Source of the DNA: the human T2T-CHM13v2.0 reference genome, Homo sapiens
Length of the DNA: 64,000 nucleotides
Assembly (NCBI RefSeq): GCF_009914755.1
Contig: NC_060948.1
Reading direction: 5' to 3' (one strand)
Part shown: in pieces, positions 53,153 to 64,000 of the stretch
Layout: every line of letters begins with the position of its first letter
Numbering within the stretch: position 1 is the stretch's first letter
Position numbers and translations under genes: made by a program
The notes under the pieces: model-generated
Told to the model about the DNA's origin: nothing
Database searches by the model: none
What the model saw: the letters and a program-made list of their open reading frames with translations, nothing else

Positions 53153-56100
53153 ATGGAATCAAATCAATGGAATCAAATCAAATGGAATGGAAAGGAATTG
53201 AATGGAGTAGATTGGATTGGATGGGATTGGAATGAAATGTACTGGAAAGGACTCGAATTTCATGAAACGGAATGGAATGAATTGGAACGGAATGGACTCG
53301 AATGGAATGGAATGTCATGGAATGGCATCAAATGGAATGGAATCGAATGCAATGGAATGCTATGGAATGGAATGGAATGCATTGGAATGGAATGTCCTCT
53401 AATGGAATGGATTCGAGTGGAATGGAATCGAATATAATGGAGTCGAATGAAATGGAATTGAAAGGAATGGGATAGAATACAATGGAATATACTGGAATGT
53501 AATGTAATGAACTCGAATGTAATTGACTGGAATGGAATGTACATGAATGGAATGTAATCGAATGGAAAGTAATCCAATGGAATAGAATCTAATGCAATAA
53601 AATCGACTCAGATAGAGTAGAATGTAATGGAATGGAGTGCAGTGCAATGGAATGGAGTGGAATGGAATGCAATGGAATGGAATGGAATGGAATGGAATGG
53701 AATGGAATGGAATGGGATGGAATGGTATGGAATGGATAGTAATGGACTGGAATGAAATGGACTGGAAAAGAATGGACTCAAATTGAAAGGGCTCGAAAGG
53801 AATGGAGACAAATGGAATGGTCTGGAATGGAATGAACACGAATGTAATGCTATCCAATAGAATGGAATCGAATGGCATGGAATATAAAGAAATGGAATCG
53901 AAGAGAATGGAAACAAATGGAATGGAATTGAATGGAATGGAATTGAATGGAATGGGAATGAATGGAGTGAAATTGTATGCAGTAGAAGAGAATAGAATGG
54001 AATGCAAGCGAAAGGAAAGGAATGGATTGCAATGGAATGGAATTCATTGGAATGGAAGGGAATGTAGTGTAATGGACAGGCCTGGAATAAAGTGGAATGC
54101 TACGGTCTCGAATGGAATAAAAATGTATGGAATGGAATGCAATGAAACGGAATCGAATGTCATAGAATGTAATGGAATGCAAAAAAATGGAATCCAAAAT
54201 CATTGACTGGAAAGGCTGGGTGTCGAAAGGAATTGACTCCAATGGAATGGAATCGAATGGAATGGAAGTGAATAGAATCGAACTAAATCGAATGGAATGG
54301 AATTGATAGGAACGGAATGGAAAGGAATGCAATGATTTGACATGGAATGGAATCGAATGGCATCGAATGGAATGGAATGGAATGCAATGGAATGGAATGT
54401 ATTAGAATGTAATGAACATTAATGGAATGTACTCGAATGGATTCGACTGGAATGGAATGTTCTGGAAGTGAATGGACTCCAATGGAATGGATTCGAAAGG
54501 AATGGAATCGAACGGAATGGAATCTAATGGAATGGAATTAAATGGAAATGAATCAAATTGAATAGCACGGAATTGAATTGAATGGAATCGAATGCAATGG
54601 AATCTAATGAAACGGAAAGGAAAGGAATGGAATGGAATGGAATGGGCTGGAATGGAAAGGAATCGAAACGAATGGAATGGAATCGAACTGAAGAGACTGG
54701 AATGGAATGCACTGGAATGGAAGGGAGTGTTAATGGAAGGTTCTCGAAAATAATGGAAGCAAATGGAATGGAATTGAATGGAACGGAATAGAGTCGAATG
54801 GAATTGAATGGAATGGAATGGACTAGAGTGAAATGGAATCGAACCACAAGGAATGGACAGGAATAGAATGGTCTCGAATTGAATGGAATCGTATGGAATG
54901 GCATCAAACGGAATGGAATGGACAGCCACGGAATGGAATGCACTCGAATGCAATGGAGTCGAAACTTATGGACTGGAATAGAATGGACTCGACTGGTACG
55001 GACTCCAATGGAATGGAATCGAATGGAAGGGATTCGAACGGAATGGACTCGAAGGGAAAAGACTGCAATGGAAAGGTCTCGAATGGAATGGAAATTAATG
55101 GAATGGAATGGAATCGAATGAAATGGAGTCAAAAGGAATGGAATCGAATGGCAAGAAATCGAATGTAATGGAATCGCAAGGAATTGATGTGAACGGAACG
55201 GAATGGAATGGAATCCAAAGGAATGGAATAGAATGGAATGGAATCGAATGGAAAGGACTCGAATGGAAATCACTCGAATAGAATGCAATTTAATAAAATA
55301 GGATCAAATGTAATGGAATGGAATGGAAAGGAATCGAAACGAAAGGAATGGAGACAGATGGAATGGAATGGAACAGAGAGCAATGGTATAGAATGGAATG
55401 GAATCATCTGGAATGGAATTGAATGGAATGGAATAATATGAAATGGAATGGAATGGAATGGAATGGAATGCCCTTGAATTAAATGGACTGGAATGGAATG
55501 GACTCGAACAGAGTGGAATAGAAAGTGTTGAGATAGAATGGAATGGACTCTTTTGGAATGGTCTAGTATGCAATGCAATCGACTGGCAGGGAATCAAAAG
55601 GAATGTAATCGAATGGATTAGACTGGAATGCAATGGACTCGAATAGATTGGAAACGGAATGCAAAGGAATGGAATGGAATAGTATGGAATGGAATGGAAA
55701 GGAATGGAGTGGAATAGACTAGAGTGGAATGGAATGGACTGGAAAGCAATGGACTGGAATGGAACTTTCTTGAATGGACTGGAATCAAACGGAATGGAAT
55801 GCAATGCAATCAAATGGCATGGAATAAAATAGAATGAAAGAGAATGAAATGGAATTGAATCGAATGGAATCGAATGGATTGGAAAGGAATAGAATGGAAT
55901 GGAATGGAATTGACTCAAATGGAATGGACTAGAATGGAATGGATTCGAATGGAAGGCAAAGGAATGGAATCTATTGGAATGGACTGTAATGGAATGGAAT
56001 GGAAGGGATTGGAATGGACTCGAATGGAATGGACTGCAATAGAAAGGATTCGAATGGAATGAAAAAGAATTGAATGGAATAGAACAGAATGGAATGAAAT

Positions 56101-56702
56101 CGAATGAAATGGAATGGAATAGAAAGGAATGGAATGAAATGGAATGGAAAGGATTCGAATGGAATGCAATCGAATGGAATGGAATCGAACGGAATGGAAT
56201 AAAATGGAAGAAAACTGGCAAGAAATGGAATCGAAATGAATGGAGTGTTATGGAACGGACTCAAAAGGAATTGAATGTAATAGAATGGAGTGGAGTGGAC
56301 TCGAATATAATGGACTGGAATGGAATGAAATCACATGGAATGGGAACGAATGGAATGGAATGGAAAGGAATGGAATCGAATGGAAAGGAATCGAATGGAA
56401 GGGAATGAAATTGAATCAACAGGAATGGAAGGGAATAGAATAGACGGTAATGGAATGGACTCGAATAGAATGGACACGAATGCTCAAATTGAATGGACTC
56501 GAATGGAATGGAAACGAAAGGAATGTCATCGAATGGAATTGAATCGATTGGAATGAAATCGCATAGAATGGAGTGGAATCAAATGGAATTGAATCGAAAG
56601 GAAAGGAAGCGAATGGACTGAAATGAAATGGAATGGAATTGAATGGAAAGTAATGCAATGGAATAGAATGGAACGAAATTTCACGGAATGGAATCAAACT
56701 GA
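53153..56702 (+). repeat. DYZ1 unit 16 (3550 bp)
   Basis: Anchors 53153 and 56703. Confidence 0.9.
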
Positions 56703-59700
56703 ATGGAATCAAATCAATGGAATCAAATCAAATGGAATGGAAAGGAATTGAATGGAGTAGATTGGATTGGATGGGATTGGAATGAAATGTACTGGAAAGG
56801 ACTCGAATTTCATGAAACGGAATGGAATGAATTGGAACGGAATGGACTCGAATGGAATGGAATGTCATGGAATGGCATCAAATGGAATGGCATCAAATGG
56901 AATGGAATCGAATGCAATGGAATGCTATGGAATGGAATGGAATGCATTGGAATGGAATGTCCTCTAATAGAATGGATTCGAGTGGAATGGAATCGAATAT
57001 AATGGAGTCGAATGAAAAGGAATTGAAAGGAATGGGATCGAATACAATGGAATATACTGGAATGTAATGTAATGAACTCGAATGTAATTGACTGGAATGG
57101 AATGTACATGAATGGAATGTAATCGAATGGAAAGTAATCCAATGGAATAGAATCTAATGCAATAAAATCGACTCAGATAGAGTAGAATGTAATGGAATCG
57201 AGTGCAGTGCAATGGAATGGAATGGAATGGAATGCAATGGAATGGAATGGAATGGAATGGAATGGAATGGAATGGGATGGAATGGTATGGAATGGATAGT
57301 AATGGACTGGAATGAAATGGACTGGAAAAGAATGGACTCAAATTGAAAGGGCTCGAAAGGAATGGAGTCAAATGGAATGGTCTGGAATGGAATGAACACG
57401 AATGTAATGCAATCCAATAGAATGGAATCGAATGGCATGGAATATAAAGAAATGGAATCGAAGAGAATGGAAACAAATGGAATGGAATTGAATGGAATGG
57501 AATTGAATGGAATGGGAACGAATGGAGTGAAATTGTATGCAGTAGAAGAGAATAGAATGGAATGCAAGCGAAAGGAAAGGAATGGATTGCAATGGAATGG
57601 AATTCATTGGAATGGAAGGGAATGTAGTGTAATGGACAGGCCTGGAATAAAGTGGAATGTTACGGTCTCGAATGGAATAAAAATGTATGGAATGGAATGC
57701 AATGAAACGGAATCGAATGTCATAGAATGTAATGGAATGCAAAAAAATGGAATCCAAAATCATTGACTGGAAAGGCTGGGTGTCGAAAGGAATTGACTCC
57801 AATGGAATGGAATCGAATGGAATGGAAGTGAATAGAATCGAACTAAATCGAATGGAATGGAATTGATAGGAACGGAATGGAAAGGAATGCAATGATTTGG
57901 CATGGAATGGAATCGAATGGCATCGAATGGAATGGAATGGAATGCAATGGAATGGAATGTATTAGAATGTAATGAACATTAATGGAATGTACTCGAATGG
58001 ATTCGACTGGAATGGAATGTTCTGGAAGTGAATGGAGTCCAATGGAATGGATTCGAAAGGAATGGAATCGAACGGAATGGAATCTAATGGAATGGAATTA
58101 AATGGAAATGAATCAAATTGAATAGCACGGAATTGAATTGAATGGAATCGAATGCAATGGAATCTAATGAAACGGAAAGGAAAGGAATGGAATGGAATGG
58201 AATGGGCTGGAATGGAAAGGAATCGAAACGAATGGAATGGAATCGAACTGAAGAGACTGGAATGGAATGCACTGGAATGGAAGGGAGTGTAATGGAAGGT
58301 TCTCGAAAATAATGGAAGCAAATGGAATGGAATTGAATGGAACGGAATAGAGTCGAATGGAATTGAATGGAATGGAATGGACTAGAGTGAAATGGAATCG
58401 AACCACAAGGAATGGACAGGAATAGAATGGTCTCGAATTGAATGGAATCGTATGGAATGGCATCAAACGGAATGGAATGGACAGCCACGGAATGGAATGC
58501 ACTCGAATGCAATGGAGTCGAAACTTATGGACTGGAATAGAATGGACTCGACTGGTACGGACTCCAATGGAATGGAATCGAATGGAAGGGATTCGAACGG
58601 AATGGACTCGAAGGGAAAAGACTGCAATGGAAAGGTCTCGAATGGAATGGAAATTAATGGAATGGAATGGAATCGAATGAAATGGAGTCAAAAGGAATGG
58701 AATCGAATGGCAAGAAATCGAATGTAATGGAATCGCAAGGAATTGATGTGAACGGAACGGAATGGAATGGAATCCAAAGGAATGGAATAGAATGGAATGG
58801 AATCGAATGGAAAGGACTCGAATGGAAATCACTCGAATAGAATGCAATTTAATAAAATAGGATCAAATGTAATTGAATGGAATGGAAAGGAATCGAAACG
58901 AAAGGAATGGAGACAGATGGAATGGAATGGAACAGAGAGCAATGGTATAGAATGGAATGGAATCATCTGGAATGGAATTGAATGGAATGGAATAATATGA
59001 AATGGAATGGAATGGAATGGAATGGAATGCCCTTGAATTAAATGGACTGGAATGGAATGGACTCGAACAGAGTGGAATGGAAAGTGTTGAGATAGAATGG
59101 AATGGACTCTTTTGGAATGGTCTAGTATGCAATGCAATCGACTGGCAGGGAATCAAAAGGAATGTAATCGAATGGATTAGACTGGAATGCAATGGACTCG
59201 AATAGATTGGAAACGGAATGCAAAGGAATGGAATGGAATAGTATGGAATGGAATGGAAAGGAATGGAGTGGAATAGACTAGAGTGGAATGGAATGGACTG
59301 GAAAGCAATGGACTGGAATGGAACTTTCTTGAATGGACTGGAATCAAACGGAATGGAATGCAATGCAATCAAATGGCATGGAATAAAATAGAATGAAAGA
59401 GAATCAAATGGAATTGAATCGAATGGAATCGAATGGATTGGAAAGGAATAGAATGGAATGGAATGGAATGGACTCAAATGGAATGGACTAGAATGGAATG
59501 GATTCGAATGGAAGGCAAAGGAATGGAATCTATTGGAATGGACTGTAATGGAATGGAATGGAAGGGATTGGAATGGACTCGAATGGAATGGACAGCAATA
59601 GAAAGGATTCGAATGGAATGAAAAAGAATTGAATGGAATAGAACAGAATGGAATCAAATCGAATGAAATGGAATGGAATAGAAAGGAATGGAATGAAATG

Positions 59701-60261
59701 GAATGGAAAGGATTCGAATGGAATGCAATCGAATGGAATGGAATCGAACGGAATGGAATAAAATGGAAGAAAACTGGCAAGAAATGGAATCGAAATGAAT
59801 GGAGTGTTATGGAACGGACTCAAAAGGAATTGAATGTAATAGAATGGAGTGGAGTGGACTCGAATATAATGGACTGGAATGGAATGAAATCACATGGAAT
59901 GGGAACGAATGGAATGGAATGGAAAGGAATGGAATCGAATGGAAAGGAATCGAATGGAAGGGAATGAAATTGAATCAACAGGAATGGAAGGGAATAGAAT
60001 AGACGGTAATGGAATGGACTCGAATAGAATGGACACGAATGCTCAAATTGAATGGACTCGAATGGAATGGAAACGAAAGGAATGTCATCGAATGGAATTG
60101 AATCGATTGGAATGAAATCACATAGAATGGAGTGGAATCAAATGGAATTGAATCGAAAGGAAAGGAAGCGAATGGACTAAAATGAAATGGAATGGAATTG
60201 AATGGAAAGTAATGCAATGGAATAGAATGGAACGAAATTTCACGGAATGGAATCAAACTGA
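56703..60261 (+). repeat. DYZ1 unit 17 (3559 bp)
   Basis: Anchors 56703 and 60262. Confidence 0.9.
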
Positions 60262-63200
60262 ATGGAATCAAATCAATGGAACCAAATCAAATGGAATGGA
60301 AAGCAATTGAATGGAGTAGATTGGATTGGATGGGATTGGAATGAAATGTACTGGAAAGGACTCGAATTTCATGAAACGGAATGGAATGAATTGGAACGGA
60401 ATGGACTCGAATGGAATGGAATGTCATGGAATGGCATCAAATGGAATGGCATCAAATGGAATGGAATCGAATGCAATGGAATGCTATGGAATGGAATGGA
60501 ATGCATTGGAATGGAATGTCCTCTAATGGAATGGATTCGAGTGGAATGGAATCGAATATAATGGAGTCGAATGAAAAGGAATTGAAAGGAATGGGATCGA
60601 ATACAATGGAATATACTGGAATGTAATGTAATGAACTGGAATGTAATTGACTGGAATGGAATGTACATGAATGGAATGTAATCGAATGGAAAGTAATCCA
60701 ATGGAATAGAATCTAATGCAATAAAATCGACTCAGATAGAGTAGAATGTAATGGAATGGAGTGCAGTGCAATGGAATGGAATGGAATGGAATGCAATGGA
60801 ATGGAATGGAATGGAATGGAATGGAATGGAATTGAATGGGATGGAATGGTATGGAATGGATAGTAATGGACTGGAATGAAGTGGACTGGAAAAGAATGGA
60901 CTCAAATTGAAAGGGCTCGAAAGGAATGGAGTCAAATGGAATGGTCTGGAATGGAATGAACACGAATGTAATGCAATCCAATAGAATGGAATCGAATGGC
61001 ATGGAATATAAAGAAATGGAATCGAAGAGAATGGAAACAAATGGAATGGAATTGAATGGAATGGAATTGAATGGAATGGGAACGAATGGAGTGAAATTGT
61101 ATGCAGTAGAAGAGAATAGAATGGAATGCAAGCGAAAGGAAAGGAATGGATTGCAATGGAATGGAATTCATTGGAATGGAAGGGAATGTAGTGTAATGGA
61201 CAGGCCTGGAATAAAGTGGAATGTTACGGTCTCGAATGGAATAAAAATGTATGGAATGGAATGCAATGAAACGGAATCGAATGTCATAGAATGTAATGGA
61301 ATGCAAAAAAATGGAATCCAAAATCATTGACTGGAAAGGCTGGGTGTCGAAAGGAATTGACTCCAATGGAATGGAATCGAATGGAATGGAAGTGAATAGA
61401 ATCGAACTAAATCGAATGGAATGGAATTGATCGGAACGGAATGGAAAGGAATGCAATGATTTGGCATGGAATGGAATCGAATGGCATCGAATGGAATGGA
61501 ATGGAATGCAATGGAATGGAATGTATTAGAATGTAATGAACATTAATGGAATGTACTCGAATGGATTCGACTGGAATGGAATGTTCTGGAAGTGAATGGA
61601 GTCCAATGGAATGGATTCGAAAGGAATGGAATCGAACGGAATGGAATCTAATGGAATGGAATTAAATGGAAATGAATCAAATTGAATAGCACGGAATTGA
61701 ATTGAATGGAATGGAATGCAATGGAATCTAATGAAACGGAAAGGAAAGGAATGGAATGGAATGGAATGGGCTGGAATGGAAAGGAATCGAAACGAATGGA
61801 ATGGAATCGAACTGAAGAGACTGGAATGGAATGCACTGGAATGGAAGGGAGTGTAATGGAAGGTTCTCGAAAATAATGGAAGCAAATGGAATGGAATTGA
61901 ATGGAACGGAATAGAGTCGAATGGAATTGAATGGAATGGAATGGACTAGAGTGAAATGGAATCGAACCACAAGGAATGGACAGGAATAGAATGGTCTCGA
62001 ATTGAATGGAATCGTATGGAATGGCATCAAACGGAATGGAATGGACAGCCACGGAATGGAATGCACTCGAATGCAATGGAGTCGAAACTTATGGACTGGA
62101 ATAGAATGGACTCGACTGGTACGGACTCCAATGGAATGGAATCGAATGGAAGGGATTCGAACGGAATGGACTCGAAGGGAAAAGACTGCAATGGAAAGGT
62201 CTCGAAGGGAATGGAAATTAATGGAATGGAATGGAATCGAATGAAATGGAGTCAAAAGGAATGGAATCGAATGGCAAGAAATCGAATGTAATGGAATTGC
62301 AAGGAATTGATGTGAACGGAACGGAATGGAATGGAATCCAAAGGAATGGAATAGAATGGAATGGAATCGAATGGAAAGGACTCGAATGGAAATCACTCGA
62401 ATAGAATGCAATTTAATAAAATAGGATCAAATGTAATGGAATGGAATGGAAAGGAATCGAAACGAAAGGAATGGAGACAGATGGAATGGAATGGAACAGA
62501 GAGCAATGGTATAGAATGGAATGGAATCATCTGGAATGGAATTGAATGGAATGGAATAATATGAAATGGGATGGAATGGAATGGAATGGAATGCCCTTGA
62601 ATTAAATGGACTGGAATGGAATGGACTCGAACAGAGTGGAATGGAAAGTGTTGAGATAGAATGGAATGGACTCTTTTGGAATGGTCTAGTATGCAATGCA
62701 ATCGACTGGCAGGGAATCAAAAGGAATGTAATCGAATGGATTAGACTGGAATGCAATGGACTCGAATAGATTGGAAACGGAATGCAAAGGAATGGAATGG
62801 AATAGTATGGAATGGAATGGAAAGGAATGGAGTGGAATAGACTAGAGTGGAATGGAATGGACTGGAAAGCAATGGACTGGAATGGAACTTTCTTGAATGG
62901 ACTGGAATCAAACGGAATGGAATGCAATGCAATCAAATGGCATGGAATAAAATAGAATGAAAGAGAATCAAATGGAATTGAATCGAATGGAATCGAATGG
63001 ATTGGAAAGGAATAGAATGGAATGGAATGGAATGGACTCAAATGGAATGGACTAGAATGGAATGGATTCGAATGGAAGGCAAAGGAATGGAATCTATTGG
63101 AATGGACTGTAATGGAATGGAATGGAAGGGATTGGAATGGACTCGAATGGAATGGACTGCAATAGAAAGGATTCGAATGGAATGGAAAAGAATTGAATGG

Positions 63201-63825
63201 AATAGAATAGAATGGAATCAAATCGAATGAAATGGAATGGAATAGAAAGGAATGGAATGAAATGGAATGGAAAGGATTCAAATGGAATGCAATCGAATGG
63301 AATGGAATCGAACGGAATGGAATAAAATGGAAGAAAACTGGCAAGAAATGGAATCGAAATGAATGGAGTGTTATGGAACGGACTCAAAAGGAATTGAATG
63401 TAATAGAATGGAGTGGAGTGGACTCGAATATAATGGACTGGAATGGAATGAAATCACATGGAATGGGAACGAATGGAATGGAATGGAAAGGAATGGAATC
63501 GAATGGAAAGGAATCGAATGGAAGGGAATGAAATTGAATCAACAGGAATGGAAGGGAATAGAATAGACGGTAATGGAATGGACTCGAATAGAATGGACAC
63601 GAATGCTCAAATTGAATGGACTCAAATGGAATGGAAACGAAAGCAATGTCATCGAATGGAATTGAATCGATTGGAATGAAATCGCATAGAATGGAGTGGA
63701 ATCAAATGGAATTGAATCGAAAGGAAAGGAAGCGAATGGACTGAAATGAAATGGAATGGAATTGAATGGAAAGTAATGCAATGGAATAGAATGGAACGAA
63801 ATTTCACGGAATGGAATCAAACTGA
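60262..63825 (+). repeat. DYZ1 unit 18 (3564 bp, canonical length)
   Basis: Anchors 60262 and 63826. Confidence 0.9.
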
Positions 63826-64000
63826 ATGGAATCAAATCAATGGAATCAAATCAAATGGAATGGAAAGCAATTGAATGGAGTAGATTGGATTGGATGGGAT
63901 TGGAATGAAATGTACTGGAAAGGACTCGAATTTCATGAAACGGAATGGAATGAATTGGAACGGAATGGACTCGAATGGAATGGAATGTCATGGAATGGCA

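Larger units (their letters stand above)
1..64000 (+). repeat. DYZ1: Human Satellite 3 array, DYZ1 (Yq12) type; diverged (GGAAT)n with ~3.55 kb higher-order unit
   Basis: Continuous GGAAT/CGAAT/GGACT pentamers end to end. Unique landmarks (caggcctgg, ggctgggtgtcg, gacagccacgg, gaagaaaactggcaag) recur every ~3.55 kb. One GGCC and one conserved GAATTC per unit and a 3564-bp unit match the classical DYZ1 '3.4 kb' HaeIII/EcoRI repeat. Y assignment rests on this family knowledge, not on a search. Confidence 0.95.

Noticed and set aside
272-63835. Hundreds of ORFs (MEWNG-like on +, FHSIP-like on -), up to 313 aa
   Set aside because: Pure GGAAT and ATTCC have no stop codon in any frame, so these are obligatory pentamer translations. 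They overlap in all frames and are broken at random by unit-specific indels, with no domain or codon signal.
1-64000. CRISPR-like or prokaryotic repeat system
   Set aside because: There are no constant repeats with unique spacers and no cas or other genes; the sequence is eukaryotic satellite throughout.
1-64000. HSat2, the chr9 1.8-kb HSat3 family, DYZ2/Alu, alpha satellite or telomeric repeat
   Set aside because: The period is ~3.55 kb on a GGAAT base. It lacks the HSat2 CATTCGATTC-dominated pattern, AT-rich or Alu blocks, a 171-bp period and TTAGGG. No inserted element or strand inversion was seen.
1-64000. Frequent CpG (TCGA, ACGG) as a CpG island or promoter
   Set aside because: CpG comes from the common CGAAT pentamer variant in an AT-rich satellite and is evenly spread rather than island-like.

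Overview
The whole window is one uninterrupted tandem array of diverged (GGAAT)n pentamers, with the purine-rich strand on +. It is organised as a ~3.55 kb higher-order unit: 18 full units plus two partial ends, all head-to-tail in one orientation. The unit lengths (3524-3588 bp, one exactly 3564 bp), the single HaeIII/StuI site per unit and the one conserved EcoRI site per unit match human Satellite 3 DYZ1 of Yq12 heterochromatin. I see no genes, RNA genes, transposons, DYZ2/Alu blocks or inversions; all listed ORFs are frame-shifted translations of the pentamer. Structural points of interest are a 440-bp in-register deletion unit, nested monomer and dimer duplications, local subfamily blocks, a hypervariable pure GGAAT tract near one duplication breakpoint, and fixed phase breaks. 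The most functionally suggestive pattern is a per-unit motif set: three perfect heat-shock elements, one AP-1 site and one GAS-like site in a TEAD-motif background, with one unit that has lost all three HSEs. All counts and alignments were done by eye and need computational confirmation. I cannot support a novel protein-coding system here.
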